NCBI RefSeq assembly: GCF_009914755.1
Contig: NC_060926.1
Length of the DNA: 64,000 bases
Source of the DNA: the human T2T-CHM13v2.0 reference genome, Homo sapiens
Direction: 5' to 3' (one strand)
Below, piece by piece: positions 29,780 to 47,572 of the stretch; positions within the stretch are counted from its first letter, which is position 1, and each line of letters begins with the position of its first letter. The notes beneath the pieces were generated by a model. That model did not search any database. It was given only the letters and a program-made list of their open reading frames with translations, and was not told the origin of the DNA. The position numbers and the translations under genes are program-made.

Positions 29780-30222
29780 AGCTGGGCATACTGGCAGGCG
29801 CCTGTCTTCTCAACTACTTGCGATGCAGTGAGCTATGATTCCATCACTGCACTACAGCCAGAAAAATAGAGTTAGACTCTGTCTCTAAAAATAAAATAAA
29901 AACATAATACAATTTACAAAATTTTTTAGGCTGGGCGCTGTGGCTCATGCCTGTAATCCCAGCACTTTGGGAGGCCAAGGCGGTTGGATCAGGAGTTCAA
30001 GACCAGCCTGGCCAAGATGGTGAAACCTCGTCTCTACTAAAAACACAAAAATTAGCCGGGCAAGGTGGCAGGCGCCTGTAATCCCAGCTACTACTTGGGA
30101 GGCTGAGGCAGGAGAATCACTTGAACCCAGAGGGCAGAGGCTGCAGTGAGCAGAGATCACAGCACTGCACTCCGGCCTGAGTGACAGAGTAAGACTCCGT
30201 CTCAAAAAATAAATTAAAAAAA
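29780..30222 (+). mobile_element. Partial Alu right arm (29780-29900) and full Alu (29929-30222)
   Basis: Alu motifs. Confidence 0.85.
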
Positions 30223-30840
30223 ATTTTTTAATCTACATAACACTGATATATAGAAAAAATGACCATGCTGAAACACTGTGGATTTTAGAAGCAATGCGCT
30301 GTTGATAGCCCACAATGATTGTCAGTTCACATGCAAGAGTCCCAATGCAACCTGAGGATTAATATGCATAAAATCGCAGTTGTTCTAAAGGTACAAGTTA
30401 CTTACATGCACATACATAATGTACATCTACACGCAGTTTTTTAAAAGACAGAAGAAATGTCAATAGTAACCAATGTCAACAGCACACGTTATAAGTGTGG
30501 AATTATGTTTTTCTTTTTAGTTTTCTATATATTCAAAATAATCTAAAATGAACATGTAACACTTTTATTACAGGAGGAATAATATTTTAAAATCAGTCAC
30601 ATGAAGTTGAGTGTGGCTGCTCCAAAGAATAACCTGAATGTAAAAGAGCAAACATTTTCAGAACAGAGCTCTATATACTAAGTATAAGTGATAAGAGCTT
30701 AACATGCTAAAATACTGAAGTTTACCAATAATCCTATGAAATAGCTATCCCATTCTGTGGACTAAGAAACTGAGGTTTCCTGAAACTCTTAACAAAAGAC
30801 ACATAGCTATTTAATGGCAGAGGCAGAAATCACACACAAA

Positions 30841-31180
<340 letters not shown>

Positions 31181-31254
31181 CTATGCTTAACCACTAAATA
31201 GTCTGACATCACCATGATGTGCTTTTATTCTTTACATTTGACATTAAAAAAAAA

Positions 31255-31552
31255 TTTTTTTTTTTTGAGACGGAGTCTCGCTCTGTCTGTCGCCCAGGCT
31301 GGAGTGCAGTGGCGTGATCTCGCTCACTGCAAGCTCCGCCTCCCGGGTTCACGCCATTCTCCTGCCTCAGCCTCCCGAGTAGCTGGGACTACAGGCGCCC
31401 ACCACCATGCCCAGCTAAATTTTTTTGTATTTTTGGTAGAGACGGGGTTTCACCATGTTAGCCAGGATGGTCTCGATCTCCTGACCTCGTGATCCGCCCA
31501 CCTTGGCCTCCCAAAGTGCTGGGATTACAGGTGTGAGCCACCGCGCCCGGCC
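31255..31552 (-). mobile_element. AluY-like
   Basis: CpG-rich; diagnostic GCAAGCTCCGCC, TTCACGCCATTCTCC, TTAGCCAGGATGG. Confidence 0.9.
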
Positions 31553-31640
31553 TAAAAAATTTTTAAATACTTTACTAGATAATATGCATTCATGGTTATG
31601 GCCGCAAACTGCTGTATGAGATAATCCTATTAGAATTCAG

Positions 31641-31932
31641 CGGCTGAGCGCAGTGACTCACACCTATAATCCCAGCACTTTGGGAGGCCGAGGCGGGTGA
31701 ATCGCTTGAGGTCAGGAGTTTGAGACCAGCTTGGCCACCGTGGCAAAATCTTGTCTCTGTGTCTCAAAAAACATTAGCTGGGTGCGGTGGTGCACACCTG
31801 TAATCCCAGCTACTTGGGGGACTGAGGTGGAAGGATTTTTAAGCCTCAGAAGCAGAGGTTGCAGTGAGCTGAAATAGTGCCACTGCACTCCAGCCTGGGT
31901 AACAGAGCGATGAGACTCTCAAAAACAAAAAA
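31641..31932 (+). mobile_element. Alu
   Basis: Full dimer. Confidence 0.85.
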
Positions 31933-32615
31933 ATTTAACAATTATCCATCACAAGCTAAACGTAATCAATGTTAGTCCCAAAATTAGAGAACTAGGCCTT
32001 GCAAGAAGAGTTCTGAGTATTTTTTACATGAAGTGACAGTCCTTGGCTAAATCTGACTTGGAGTATTACATTCAAGAAAACACATCTGATCTGATTCTTC
32101 ACACTACTTCATATGTAACTACTCCAACTAAAAAGAAACACCAGACCACTAAAAACATAAGACAACTCGTTCACTAACAAAGTCAGAGTGCCTCACTACC
32201 CTGTTAATATCTATGCTGTCAAAAGGCATGATGAGGACAAAAGCTCAAAAGCTGAGTATTAAAACTCAAGTTCTTAAAACAAATGAGGCCTCTTTTCCAT
32301 AAAGTATCATTAAGTCAACACATAAGGAAAAAGACCACGAATGGTGAAAGATGTGTTGTAACATACATTTAACGAAGTGAAGAGAAAGGGCAAACAAAAC
32401 ATGACACACCACATGCTAAATGAGGTGTCTGATCATGTCAGTGGCTATGAACTACTTCTTTGAGTCTAGCATATCTGGGGAAAAATTTAGGAACTGCTTT
32501 GGATTCCAGTTTGCTTTTAAGTACTTGGCTCACAAATCAGGAAAAATTACCCATATGCAATGAACCATTCAAGTTTTGGACCTCGCAAGGAGGCTTAAAA
32601 ATATTTTTTCTTTTA

Positions 32616-32799
<184 letters not shown>

Positions 32800-33332
32800 C
32801 TAAAAGAAAAAAAAATAAACAAAATTTATCAGATGTACAAAATACAATATGGAAAAGAAATGAGGGGAACTTACGGTGACATGGAAATTTTCTGCAAACT
32901 ATCTGATTTTACAGCCTTCACCCATGCTGCAATGTCTCACTGAACTGTGAAGTCTGACTGATCAACGTGTTAACAAAATGTCAGGGTACGTGTAACATAT
33001 TCAAGCCATGTGGTCCCGGACTCAGTATATAAAATTAACTTAGATTTCACGGAATAGCCAGAAAATTCTCAATTCAAAGAAAACAGAGCACAGGTAGAAA
33101 TATGTCTTCGTTTCCCCATTCTAGTATTGTGCCTAAACAGGCACTACACCTCAAGTCAAAAGATGATGGCTCAAGTCTTGTGACGGAATAGGTGTTAAAG
33201 AAGTTTGCCTTTGTACAAATCACAGCCTCTAAGCCTAGGATTCCTTAGACACAGAATTAACAATGTATGTCATGTCTTCTTCACAGTATTGTTGTGAATA
33301 ACAAATGAAAAAATAAATACAAACAAAATCGT

Positions 33333-33637
33333 GGCCGGGTGGAGTGGCTCACACCTGTAATCCCAGTATTTTGGGAGGCTGAGGTGGGTGGATCATCTGA
33401 GGTCAGGAGTTCAACACCAGCCTGGTCAATATGATGAAACCCCGTCTCTACTGAAAATACAAAAATTAGCCAGGTGTGGTGGCGCACATTTGTAAACCCA
33501 GCAACTTGGGAGGCTGAGGCAGGAGAATCGCTCGAACCCGGGAGGCAGGGGTTGCAGTGAGCCTAGATCATGCCACTGGATTCCAGCCTGGGCAACAGAG
33601 TGAGACTCCACCTCAAAACTAAACAAAACAAACAAAA
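33333..33637 (+). mobile_element. Alu (S-like)
   Basis: Full dimer. Confidence 0.9.
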
Positions 33638-34639
33638 TTGTAAAACTATAGTATCTTACTGAAAAGATGAGGAGAAAACAGCTCAAATAGAGTAAATTGA
33701 GCAATGGTCTCAGATATTCTGGATTTTCAACAGCAGCTCTGCTGGCCGTGACCTTGGACAAAATAATCTCTACCTTTAATTTACTCTCCTTTAAAACCAG
33801 TACGTTACCTACCTCAACAGAGTTGTCAGCAACAAGAAATTGCGAAAGTATTTTTAGCTCAAATTTAGCTCAAAACAGTTCTTAATCAAACTGAACTTTC
33901 TATAAGAAATGATTGTGCAGATAAAATATCGAAACTCAGAAAATTAGTTTAACTGGTAAAACAAGCCAACATAACAATCATAGAATTACGACATGCACAA
34001 ATAAAATCTTGCACTATTTTTTGTAAGCCTGCAGTCAAATTCCAAGTGGAGTTCTTTCATTACTTCTATTTACTGGGAAAGAGAGTGAACATATGACATT
34101 ATAGAAACTGGTGCCAAAGAGAATGCAAATTAATCATAATTAAATCTATTACTGTACTGGATTTTGTTTTAGAGATTCCTTATACTGTAATAAGAAAGTA
34201 GTTTTCTTTTGGGTTATATTGTTGATACAATTCAGTAGAAAAAGACTGTTTCTATCACATATGTCCAAATTAATATAATAAACTTTAATTAGAAAGTTCA
34301 AATTACTAATTTAAGGATAGTCAGTTTTAGAAAGAAAAAAATAAATACAATTAAACATTAAAAGAGAGGCAGGCAGAGAGAGAAGAAAAGGTTAAACTTA
34401 TGCGTACTGATATGGAAAGATATGAAACTCTCATTTGTGTGTATGTATACCAAGAAGACTTGTATATAAGTTTCTGTATACTGTCCACGTTAAAAATTCA
34501 TGGAAAGATGCATGAAACATACTTCGTTAATAATGACTGCCTTTGAGAAAGGACTGGGGGATCCAGAGTTTAGAATGGAAGAAATCATTTTTGTTGTCAT
34601 TGAGACTGATTGTCAATTTATAAGGAATTAAACAGGCTG

Positions 34640-34910
34640 CTCTAGCATAACAGCTTTAAGTACAGAGCTCTCAAGTCAAACTGTCTCTGCCCAAGTTCAA
34701 TTCTGGACTCTAACACTAACAAGTTGTACATAATCTTGCATATATGAGTGTGTGCATACATACTTCCCCCTGTGCTTCAATCTATCAAATGAGGATAAAG
34801 AACTCACATGGCAGTTGTGAAGATCAAATGATAAATCCATGTAAACTACTCAATACAGTGCCAATCATGTAGCAAGTGCTCAGTACATGTTAAGTATTAT
34901 TATTACTATA
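34640..34910 (+). mobile_element. MIR
   Basis: TTCAATTCTGGACTC...GTTGTGAAGATCAAATGA...TAGCAAGTGCTCAGTACATGTTAAGTATTATT. Confidence 0.6.
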
Positions 34911-36541
34911 AACATTTATTCAAAAGAATAAAAATACTTGTGGTAAAATAAAATCTAATATATTGGGAAAGGCTTCACCATAAAAATCACTGTCTATATG
35001 AGTCTTAATTTTTGGCAAAATACTTTCAAAAGTGAAATGTTTTTAATTAAGGGTAAACATCTCAATCACCTGGGAAGCTTTGTCAAAATATGAATGCCTG
35101 TCCCCTAACCTCAGATCCTCATTCTTTGGGCACAAAAATTGGAGACATAGTTTAAAAGAGCTTTCCTGGGTATACTGCGATACACCAAGAAGTTCAGCAC
35201 ATCAAAGAATAAAAGGCCAGTCTTTTTCAAAATTCATGTTAGAAATTTCTCTACTTCAATCATCTCAATGCCATTTCACCTGGACCCAAACAGCAAGGAC
35301 AGATACAAGAGAATAGGATGATACTGCTGCTCTCACTTTAAAAGGCAAAGAATAGTATTATAAACAAGGTTAGTAGTTGTCACCTGCCCACCTTCTGCTA
35401 TTAAACGCCTACTGTATGTCATGGAGTGTTAAGTCATTCAAATGAAACTAAGTCAGGCTAGTTGTTTTGACCTAGAGTCACCTAGGTAACCTTAACAATG
35501 CTCCCCAACATCTTCAGTGCTGGTCAACCAGCACCATTATCAGCCAACAGCCTATTTGTCGATAATTCTTGAGATATAAGAGGAAGAATAGCAGGTAAGA
35601 ACAAAGCTGTTTATCAAATTACTCCCTGCTGTTAAAGCATAAATTCATCTTTTTAAAAAGAGGCCAGGCTTTGTAAAACATTTGAACTTTAATTTCCTGA
35701 AAGTAAATAAAAGATTAACATATGATGGATACAGGATCTCTCCCTCTGCCAGGTATCAATAAAACCAGAGGGCTGGAAGGGACCCTCGGAGATGATCAAG
35801 TTCAACCCCTTATACTTTGCAGACAAATCCAAATGAAGAAAGTTCCAAGTAATTTGTTGAAGAACCAGTCTTCTGAATCCTGGTACTGAGCAGTTCTACA
35901 CACTTCATAGGTATCACCACCTCAACTTCAAAAAAAGTTTAATGCCTCTTTGGCTTCAGCTAAGAACCCAGAGGCCAAAAGTTTTCTCTACGCAATGAAT
36001 TACAGAATGTTTTCCTTATAGAATATTCTGTACTGACTTGACCAATTACTTATGTCTACCATATATTACTTAATTTTTAAAACACAAGTGGGAATTACAC
36101 TATTACACTGCTAAAAGTTATGTTTTCATAGCCGGTAGTGAATATGAACTCGAAGATTCCATCTTAACAGATTAACTCCTAGTGTGAAACTAGAATTATA
36201 AACCCAATTTAATATCCCTATCAAATCCTGAAATACACTAGTCTTTTCTAACCATGGCCATACCTTCATTTCTGTAAAACTAATCAAGATTTTTCACATA
36301 AAACCTTTGATATTCAGTCCTAAGGTACTGAAATAAAATAGAGAACATGTATGACTTTAACAGGAAAAACAAAAAGGCTAATGGATGTCTTCAAGGTTGA
36401 AAACAAATTCACGACAATTTTAATCACAGAGTATACAACCAACTTATTCACTGTTTAAGTTAAATGACTTTTCATTTTATGTGAAAATGTATTTAACTCT
36501 ACACGCAAATACCACATAGAGAAACAAAAACAAAAACAATC

Positions 36542-37218
<677 letters not shown>

Positions 37219-37358
37219 TAATTTTTCTTCTAAATTCTTAATATCATACGCACACAAAGAAAGGCTAAAAAAAACCCAAAACATTTTTTAAAAATTCAAT
37301 CCTTCCTCTGGTACAGAACTTTCAGAACACTGAAAGAAATCACCTGCAAAAAAATAAA

Positions 37359-37660
37359 GCCAGGCACGGTGGTGGATGCCTGTAGTCTCTGCTGCTGGGA
37401 GGCTAAGGCAAAAGAATCACTTGATCCCAGAAGTTTGAGGCCAGCCCAGGCAACACAGGTACAGAAACCTTGTCTCTGTAAGAAACTTAAAAATTAGCCA
37501 GGCAGGACGGTGCACACCTGTGGTCCCAGCAACTCAGAAGGCTGAGGTGGAAGATTACTTAAGCCTGGGAGGACGAGGCTGTGGCAGGCCGTGATAATAC
37601 TACTGCACTCCAGTCTGGGTAACACAAGGAGACCGTCTCAAAAAAACAAACAAACAAAAA
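37359..37660 (+). mobile_element. Old Alu (J-like, monomers)
   Basis: Degenerate Alu arms. Confidence 0.75.
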
Positions 37661-37663
37661 ATA

Positions 37664-37850
37664 CAGCCACATATTGCACTAGTGACATTCTGTTCAACAA
37701 CTGACCAGAAATACAACAGTGGTGCCATAAGATTACATAATACCACATATTTACTGTGATTTTTCTATGTTTGGATATTTTTAGACACACAAATATTTAC
37801 CATTTTGTTACAACCACCTACAGTATTTGGTAGAGGAACAGGTATGTTAC
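37664..37850 (+). mobile_element. Tigger3-type (TcMar-Tigger) DNA transposon fragment
   Basis: GGTGCCATAAGATTA...TTTTCTATGTTT...ACACAAATATTTACCATT motifs. Confidence 0.7.
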
Positions 37851-39062
37851 AAACATGTTGCTATGTTTGCAACAGGTAAATCTCATTTGTCCAGTATGTA
37901 CCCCCCTAATTTCTTACGGACTTATTTAGATTTGGTCCTCCAAAAAGGCTTGGTTTAGCTTCAGATCATTAACTTGGAGGTAAATTACAGTAATAAACAC
38001 AATTTGCAAGGTACTTTACTCATTTTGTAAAATTTAAATGTGACAAGGAGTCATATAAACCATTGCCCATTAGTCCTATTTTACAAATAAAGAAACTGAA
38101 ATGTTACAAAATTAGTACCCTGCATGAAACAAGTAATGGCATCCAGACCTGCAGACTGCAAGCAAGAACTGACATCTGGAGCTCCAGTTCTGAACTACAC
38201 ACACCAGATAAAGAAGGAAATGACTAGGTCCCAGAACCAAGTGTGGTAAGGGGCAGCATATATTAAACCACTACAATAAAACAAAATAGAAATCACCCTT
38301 GTGTATAAAAGAAGTCATTCTTGCCTACCTAAAAACAGCAAGGACTTCAAATAAGCCTATCTTTAAAGTGGGAATGAATAACCCTTAACATTCCCCAAAA
38401 GCACTGAGAGGTGCTGAGATTGAGAGGTGCCGAGAAACAATGACAAGACAATCCCTCCTCACAAGGAGCTTACTGCTCTGTATCGCCCACCTAGGCTCAA
38501 ATTCTGCCTCTGCTGCTTGGTAAGACCTACAAGTACTTACCTTCATCTCAGTTTGTTTCTCCATTTAATTAGAGACAATATTATACTTTGGGATTTAAGT
38601 ATTAGAGAACTGCATATAAGGCTCTCAGAACCTTACCTGAACATGATAGCTGCCATTTAATGAGTACTTATTAAGTACAATCTTAAAGAAAAACGGGGGA
38701 AATCATCAGGTCCATCATGTGCCAGAAAGGAATTGAAGGGGAAAAAGAACAAAAACTTTCTACAAAACCACTGGGACAGTTTATTATTTTACTTTGATTT
38801 AGGAAGGAAGCAATACAAAATCAGCAGTTTTGTATGGTATATTCGTAAGTCAAATGTCAAACTCTTAAGTAGCCATATGTCAAACCTGAAATAGCTGTAT
38901 CTGATATAGAACAGCACAATGCAGTTTATTAGTTCACGTTTGAATTAAGGGCAACAGAAATTTACTGCCTTTTTTTCCAGTTAATCAGAAAAGTTCTATA
39001 GAGAAATTAGGAGAGTAAGGGCCATTGAGTGCAAGAGAAAGGGCTACGTTAGGGTCTGTTAG

Positions 39063-39463
<401 letters not shown>

Positions 39464-41264
39464 TTATAACACTAGAAAACAATATTTAATGGAAAAAATA
39501 CAAGATTTAAGTTGAACAGTAAAGTATGGGTTACGTGTATTCTGTGCTTAGCATGTACCAGGCAATGTGCTTTAAATCATTTAATTTTCACACCAACTTT
39601 ACAAAACTGGTAGTGCAAATAACCTTCTTAAAAAGAAATCATGACACACAGTAAGTTAAAATAACCCTAAGGCTACAAAGCTAATAGGGGACGGGCTCAG
39701 CACTCAAATACAAGTTTGACTGAGCAAACAAGGAAAAATAATTATGTATTTACCTTAAAAAAAATCAAAATACTAGAAAGCCATGACATCCCAAGCTTAA
39801 AGGATTATGGGGGATAGAAAGAAAATTCTGATCCTTTGCCATTTGGTAAATCAGCTTAGCTGGCCAATCATTAAGTGAATAATTATAAAATATGCTAAAT
39901 TGATTTGAGAAGCAAGATCAAATGTACTACTCTAAACAAAGAAGAAAAAGGTGGCTAACTTTGCCTTCACAGGTTGAGGATGACCAGTCACTTCTGCTGA
40001 TGTTCCTTGAAATGCTAGAGCAGTGAGGAAAGACATGGAGGAATGAGAGAATAAATTATAATGCAGGGATGTGGAGTGGTTCCTTGAGCCTGAAAATAAG
40101 CCTAAACTCTATCATGAAGGGCCAGAAACAAAAAGTTTTACATTTAAGACCTACAGATAAGGAGGCAGATCAAGTAGAAAGCTACCAAACAGATCTAAGG
40201 GTAGATGAGGATCTGTTAACAATGGAAGAAGGCAAAATGAAGACGGGGTCAAGAAACATTTTGATGACAGGATCTACACAGTGAGAAAGAATAGTCTAAG
40301 ACTGTGGTTCTCAGACTTCAGACAAATATAAACCCTAAAATGACTCAAATTTCTTACACTGGTGACAAAGGTTAAGAAAAGTTATCTAAAACATATAAAG
40401 AAGATGACTGCACATCCTTTCAATGTCCTAGGAAATGCTACATCAGAGGCTTACCTAGGAATTATTTAATTTTCTGCAAGAGCATCATATTTTAATTTTG
40501 CTATTATATTTACTATTAATCAGGGGTTCAGACATTAAAGTTACATGTTAACCTGTAGATTTAAGTCTGGAGAAATACAGTTTATGTACAGAAGAAAAGA
40601 CAACCCCAAAGATTGCAGTTTGTTGCCTGTAGGTTATCAGTAATCTCATTCTAAAATTCTTTATTAAATTGCCTATAAATACCCAGTTCCCCAAATGCTC
40701 TTTAAACTAGCTTTACTACAACAGCTTCCTGTCCTTATTAACTAGTCAAACAGTATCTTTGCTATTTACATTCTATAGTTCTAAAAGTCATGCTTTTAAC
40801 TTTAGAAAATTATACAAAATGATTGTAGCAGCATTATCAAATGATACACATGAGCAGAAAGAGTACATTTAGTGTTAATCATATAAAACCTGACTCATCA
40901 TGTAGGTATCCAGGTAGAGCTTCAATAAGCAAATGGAAGTAAAGATTGAGAATTATGTAGGCAACTGGATATACAGATGGGAGAAATTACACTGACATGC
41001 AGGAGGTAAGAGAAACCAAGGTAATCAATAAGATTCTATTTTCTCTATGAAAAACAGACAGCATAAAGAGAGGAATACGCCCAGGATGAAATATTGGGAA
41101 ATGCTAAAATCTAAGGAAAACATAAAAAAAAAGAATCCAGTCAAGGAAAATCAAGAACTTACCACAAGCACTGGGAAAATAAATCAGGATAGTGGTGTTG
41201 GCAGACACCAAGAGGAAGACAGATAGGCAGAGTTCAAAAAACTCAAAAATGTCCATCAGATTTA

Positions 41265-41504
<240 letters not shown>

Positions 41505-42663
41505 CTATTTCTAGAAATGGTGGGGAAGGAGAGGGTATAAGGTAAGATAATAAATACCAACTCTCTTCTGGAAGTGCTAGACTTTATAAAGAGAAGAGAC
41601 AATAGCCAGGAGAGAAGGGAAGGCAGAGAGACAAAGGCTGTGTTTGCATGGATATATGTAATTTCCCTGTTTGTCGTTTTTAAAAAAATAAATTTTGAGC
41701 ATATGTATTTAGGTAAAGAAAAGAATTACTGAAAGAAAAGGTTGGGAATAAAGGACAGTCTACTAACAGGATCCCGCAGGGGGAAAAAAATTAAGAGCAT
41801 AAGCTTTGGATCAGAAGAGCATATCAATCTCTGAGGCATGAGAAGATGACAACTCCAAGTAAGGAAGTACGTGCCTAACTTGTTGAATCTGTGATTAACA
41901 GGTGTGAGAAAAGCAAAGAAGAAAGGAGGTAACCCTTCACAAGGAGGTCCAAAATAGACCAAAAATCTATTTTGTAGAACACTGTAAGATGATCAATTAT
42001 CCTGAATAGCTATTGCTAAGCTATTTCTAAAATACAGAGCCACTCATTCCCTAATATAAATCCTGTCTTAGCTCAGATGGCTTGTATAATCCATTAGAAT
42101 ACTAACTGCATTCATGTAACAGAGGATATTCTTCAGGTCTCAAAAGCACACAGACAGCAACTTTTAGTCCACATGCCAAAAATGGTGCACAGACCCAATT
42201 TTAACAGGTCTACAATCCTGTTGGCTACCATCATTAGCCAGTGAATGGGGATAGGAGGTCAGCTTATCAATAGCCTTTCTAGTTACTTCCTCTTAAGGGT
42301 ATCAGACTAGATAGTCTCTAAAATCGGATTCAGTTCCAAATTTTTTAAGACTCCAACCTAATGTTTATTTCAGTTTTTCTTCAATGGGGTACTTTAAAAG
42401 TTCTTCCTTATAAAGATATAATAATACCATTTATTAGGGACTCATTAGGTGATTATGAAAAATGAGGAGCTGCTGAGGGAGCAGAGAAAGAATGATTTGT
42501 AAATGCTTCTCTCCCTTAAGCGACAGACAGAAACCTCCTGGCTAAGAATAAAAGTTATTCACAGTACAAGGTACCCTGTAGATTACAGCAAAGTGCTCCC
42601 TATGGACAAAAACAATTTTATATTTGGTAAATGACCTTTCCAGCATTCAGACACACATAATAA

Positions 42664-43070
<407 letters not shown>

Positions 43071-43666
43071 TACAGAGGTTAACTCTTTAACATAGTTCAG
43101 ATTAGGACGTCTATTCCTGACTTACAATAAAAAATATTTTAACGTTGTGATAACCATGGATTTGTGTTATAATCTTTTCCAAACAAGTATGTAGCCTGTC
43201 ATCAATAGAGCTACAACCTGGGGAACTGTCAGAAACAAAAATTATTAAGATTATAGTTAAGGTGGGGGAAAGGAAGCATTAAAATGTAACTCAAAGTCGG
43301 GGAGAAAATACAGACTGTAACTTTAACACCTGGTGAATAATAGTGTCAAATTTTTGTTTAAGATCATGCATTTCAGAGTAATTATACCTAAATTCATTTA
43401 GAATGTCTCGAATATTTTTCAAAAGTTAAAAAAAAATTTTAAATGCCATACTCTATAGACTAATGCCCCACATTTCTACATTTAGCATTTTTACCAAAAA
43501 TAAGTAGATGCCAAAGACTGCCTCTATATTGAGCCAGAATACGTACAAACCAGGAGCCAAGAGAAAATTCAGAGCTGTATTTCCCAAACGTAAATTTCTG
43601 TAATACAGATTCCTGGACCCTATCAGAATGGGGGTATGGGAAAATCAAACCATTCTTAGAATAATA

Positions 43667-44292
43667 GGCTGGGTGCAATGTCTCATGCCTATAATCCCAG
43701 CACTATGGGAGGCCAAGGCACAAGAAGGTGGCTTGAGCCCAGGAGTTCAAGACCAGTCTGGGCAATATAAGGAGACCCCATCTCTACAAAATATTTAAAA
43801 ATTAGCTGGGGCTGGGCGCAGTGGCTGACACCTGTAATGCCAGCACTTTTGGAGGCTGAAGCGGTAGGATCACTTGATCTCAGGAGTTTGAGACCAGCCT
43901 AGGCAACATGGTGAAACCCCCTCTCTACCAAAAAAAAAAAAATTTAGCCTGGCGTGGTGGTGGTGCACATCTGTGGCCCCAGCTACTCAGCAAGCTGAGG
44001 TGGGAGGACTGCTTGAGCCTGGGAAGTGAAGTCTGCAGTAAGCTGAGATCATGCCACTGTACTCTAACCTGGGCGACAGAGCGAAACTGTCTCAAAAATA
44101 AAAAATAAAATTAAAATAGCCGGGTGTGGTGACATGCACATCTAGGCCCAGCTACTCCGGAGGCTAAGGTGGTGAGGTGGGAGGACTGCTTGAGCCCAGG
44201 AAGTCAAGGCTGCAGCAAGCCATGATTGTGCCACTGTGCTCCAACCTGGGTGACAGAGGGAGACCCTGCGTCAAAACAAAACAAAACAAAAA
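43667..44292 (+). mobile_element. Nested Alus: Alu 43810-44110 inserted at the central linker of an older Alu
   Basis: Left arm 43667-43809, intact Alu, then right arm 44117-44292. Confidence 0.85.
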
Positions 44293-44699
44293 CACCAAAA
44301 GAAATTAAAAAGGAAAAAAAGCAAAATAACTATTTTTCTAGTACCAGCTAGGTTTGACAACTGTGACACAGATTTACGCTATTGTTTTGGTATCATTACG
44401 TATCATCTTCTATTCCTTTGTAATTTTTACATGACTCTCCCAACTCCCACAATTAAAAACTGCCACTGATATCCTTAGAAACTTCTAGGAATCTAACCTA
44501 AAGAAATACTTGCACAAGTAAGCAAGGATGTAATCACGATGGTCACTGCAGTATGTCACTGTGGAAAAATGGAGATGATCCGAATGTTCTCAGCAAAGGA
44601 ACAGTTAATAAGTATACTGTATCAATACTATGGCATATTTAGAGGTCCTCAAAAGCAAAGGGGTAAATCTGTATATACTGCACTGACATTCATAGACAG

Positions 44700-44980
44700 A
44701 ACATTGTTAATTCATTCCTTCAGCAAATATTTGAAGGCCTATTTGACAGGTGTCAATACTGTTTGCTACAATGGAGCTCACCTCAATTGGAAAGAGAAAA
44801 TAAACAAACTATATGCACATTGTGGTAAGTCCCATGAAAAGTGAAATAGGAGAAAAATAGGAAGGAGTAGAGGATAATGGGAAGGAGGAAGGAAAAAGCT
44901 ACTTTGGGTTGAATCATCAGGTAACAGCTCTCTGAAGAGACATTTTAAGCTGAGACTCAAAGCATAAGAAAGAAGCAGGG
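44700..44980 (-). mobile_element. L2 fragment
   Basis: ATTCATTCCTTCAGCAAATATTTGA...CTCTCTGAAGAG ACATTTTAAGCTGAGAC. Confidence 0.5.
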
Positions 44981-45257
44981 GGAAGGAAAGGTATGTATTT
45001 GTTTATATATGTGTAGGAAAAAAGTCTGCAAAAATACACCTAAATGTCAACAGTGGAGCAGAGAGAGAAGTAGTAAAAAGTACCTATGTCTTGAGTCTGT
45101 TCAAACCCTGGCTCTACCATTTTAAGTCATGTTATCTTGGAAAAATTTCATAACTAAGCCTGAGTTTTCTCATCTGTCAAAGAAATCATTATGCCTTTCA
45201 GAGGTAAAGACATTGTCACCCATTTGAGAATAATGTGACAAAATACAAAAAAAATTA

Positions 45258-45569
<312 letters not shown>

Positions 45570-45739
45570 TCACATTCAAATCAGTAAGACTACAGCTACC
45601 ACTCATCTTCAAATGGGCATAAACATAAACTGAACAACATTTGTAAAACAGGCTAGTTACACAAATTGAATTATCTTCCTGAACTTTCCATTTTGATTCT
45701 TCTTTTACTTCTCACTACCTTTCCCCTGCATGCAGATTA

Positions 45740-46925
<1,186 letters not shown>

Positions 46926-47017
46926 TTTGAAGCTAACTGCACCCCCCGCCGACTTTCCAAACCCAAAATACTCAAGAATCTAATATCATTTCAAGCTTTT
47001 TAAAAAAAGTCTTTATC

Positions 47018-47113
47018 GTGATCACTTTGGCAGCACATACACTAAAAGTGGAACTATACGGAGAAGAATAGCATGGCCCCTGTGTAAGGATTACACAATT
47101 TAATATTGTTTTT
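47018..47113 (+). pseudogene. U6 snRNA retrocopy (RNU6 pseudogene), 3' part truncated or internally deleted
   Basis: GTGATCACTTTGGCAGCACATACACTAAAAGTGGAACTATACGGAGAAGAATAGCATGGCCCCTGTGTAAGGATTACAC matches U6 nt 1-~80; imperfect TSD AAAAGTCTTTATC (47005-47017) / AAAGGCCTTTATC (47114-47126). Confidence 0.9.
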
Positions 47114-47422
47114 AAAGGCCTTTATCAACTCTCAACTCATGAAATAAGGGAAAAAAAACTATGGGATACACTTTCATGATGAAGATGACCAGAAATATTC
47201 CTGAACCCCATCCCAAACCGACTGCTGGGAAAGTTGCCTTGTTGCTAAAAAAAGCAAGCAAGACAGGGGAGACAGCAGGAGAGAAGAGAAGGAAGGGGAA
47301 AAGAAAATCTATACCTGAGAATTTATACATGTGTGGCCAAGATTTGTAGGCATATTTCAAATCAGGTGAATGATCCAAGAAACTTTAAGCCAAGGAACTT
47401 CAAATCCTACTGATCACTTAAC

Positions 47423-47572
47423 GCAGCGATGCTCAGTATTTAACGTGCCTAAGAATTACCTATGGATCTTGTTAAAATTCACATTCTTGTTAAAATACAG
47501 GGATAGAACTTGAGGTGCCATGTTTCCTAAAAAAACTTCTCTGCCAGTCTGAGAACCATACTTTGGGTAGCA
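47423..47572. mobile_element. MER5-like DNA transposon relic
   Basis: AGAATTACCTATGGATCTTGTTAAAAT...TGAGAACCATACTTTGGGTAGCAAG. Confidence 0.5.

Noticed and set aside
47140-47310. Long minus-strand polypyrimidine tract with TTTTTTTAG acceptor at 47245
   Set aside because: No convincing downstream donor, so an exon cannot be supported
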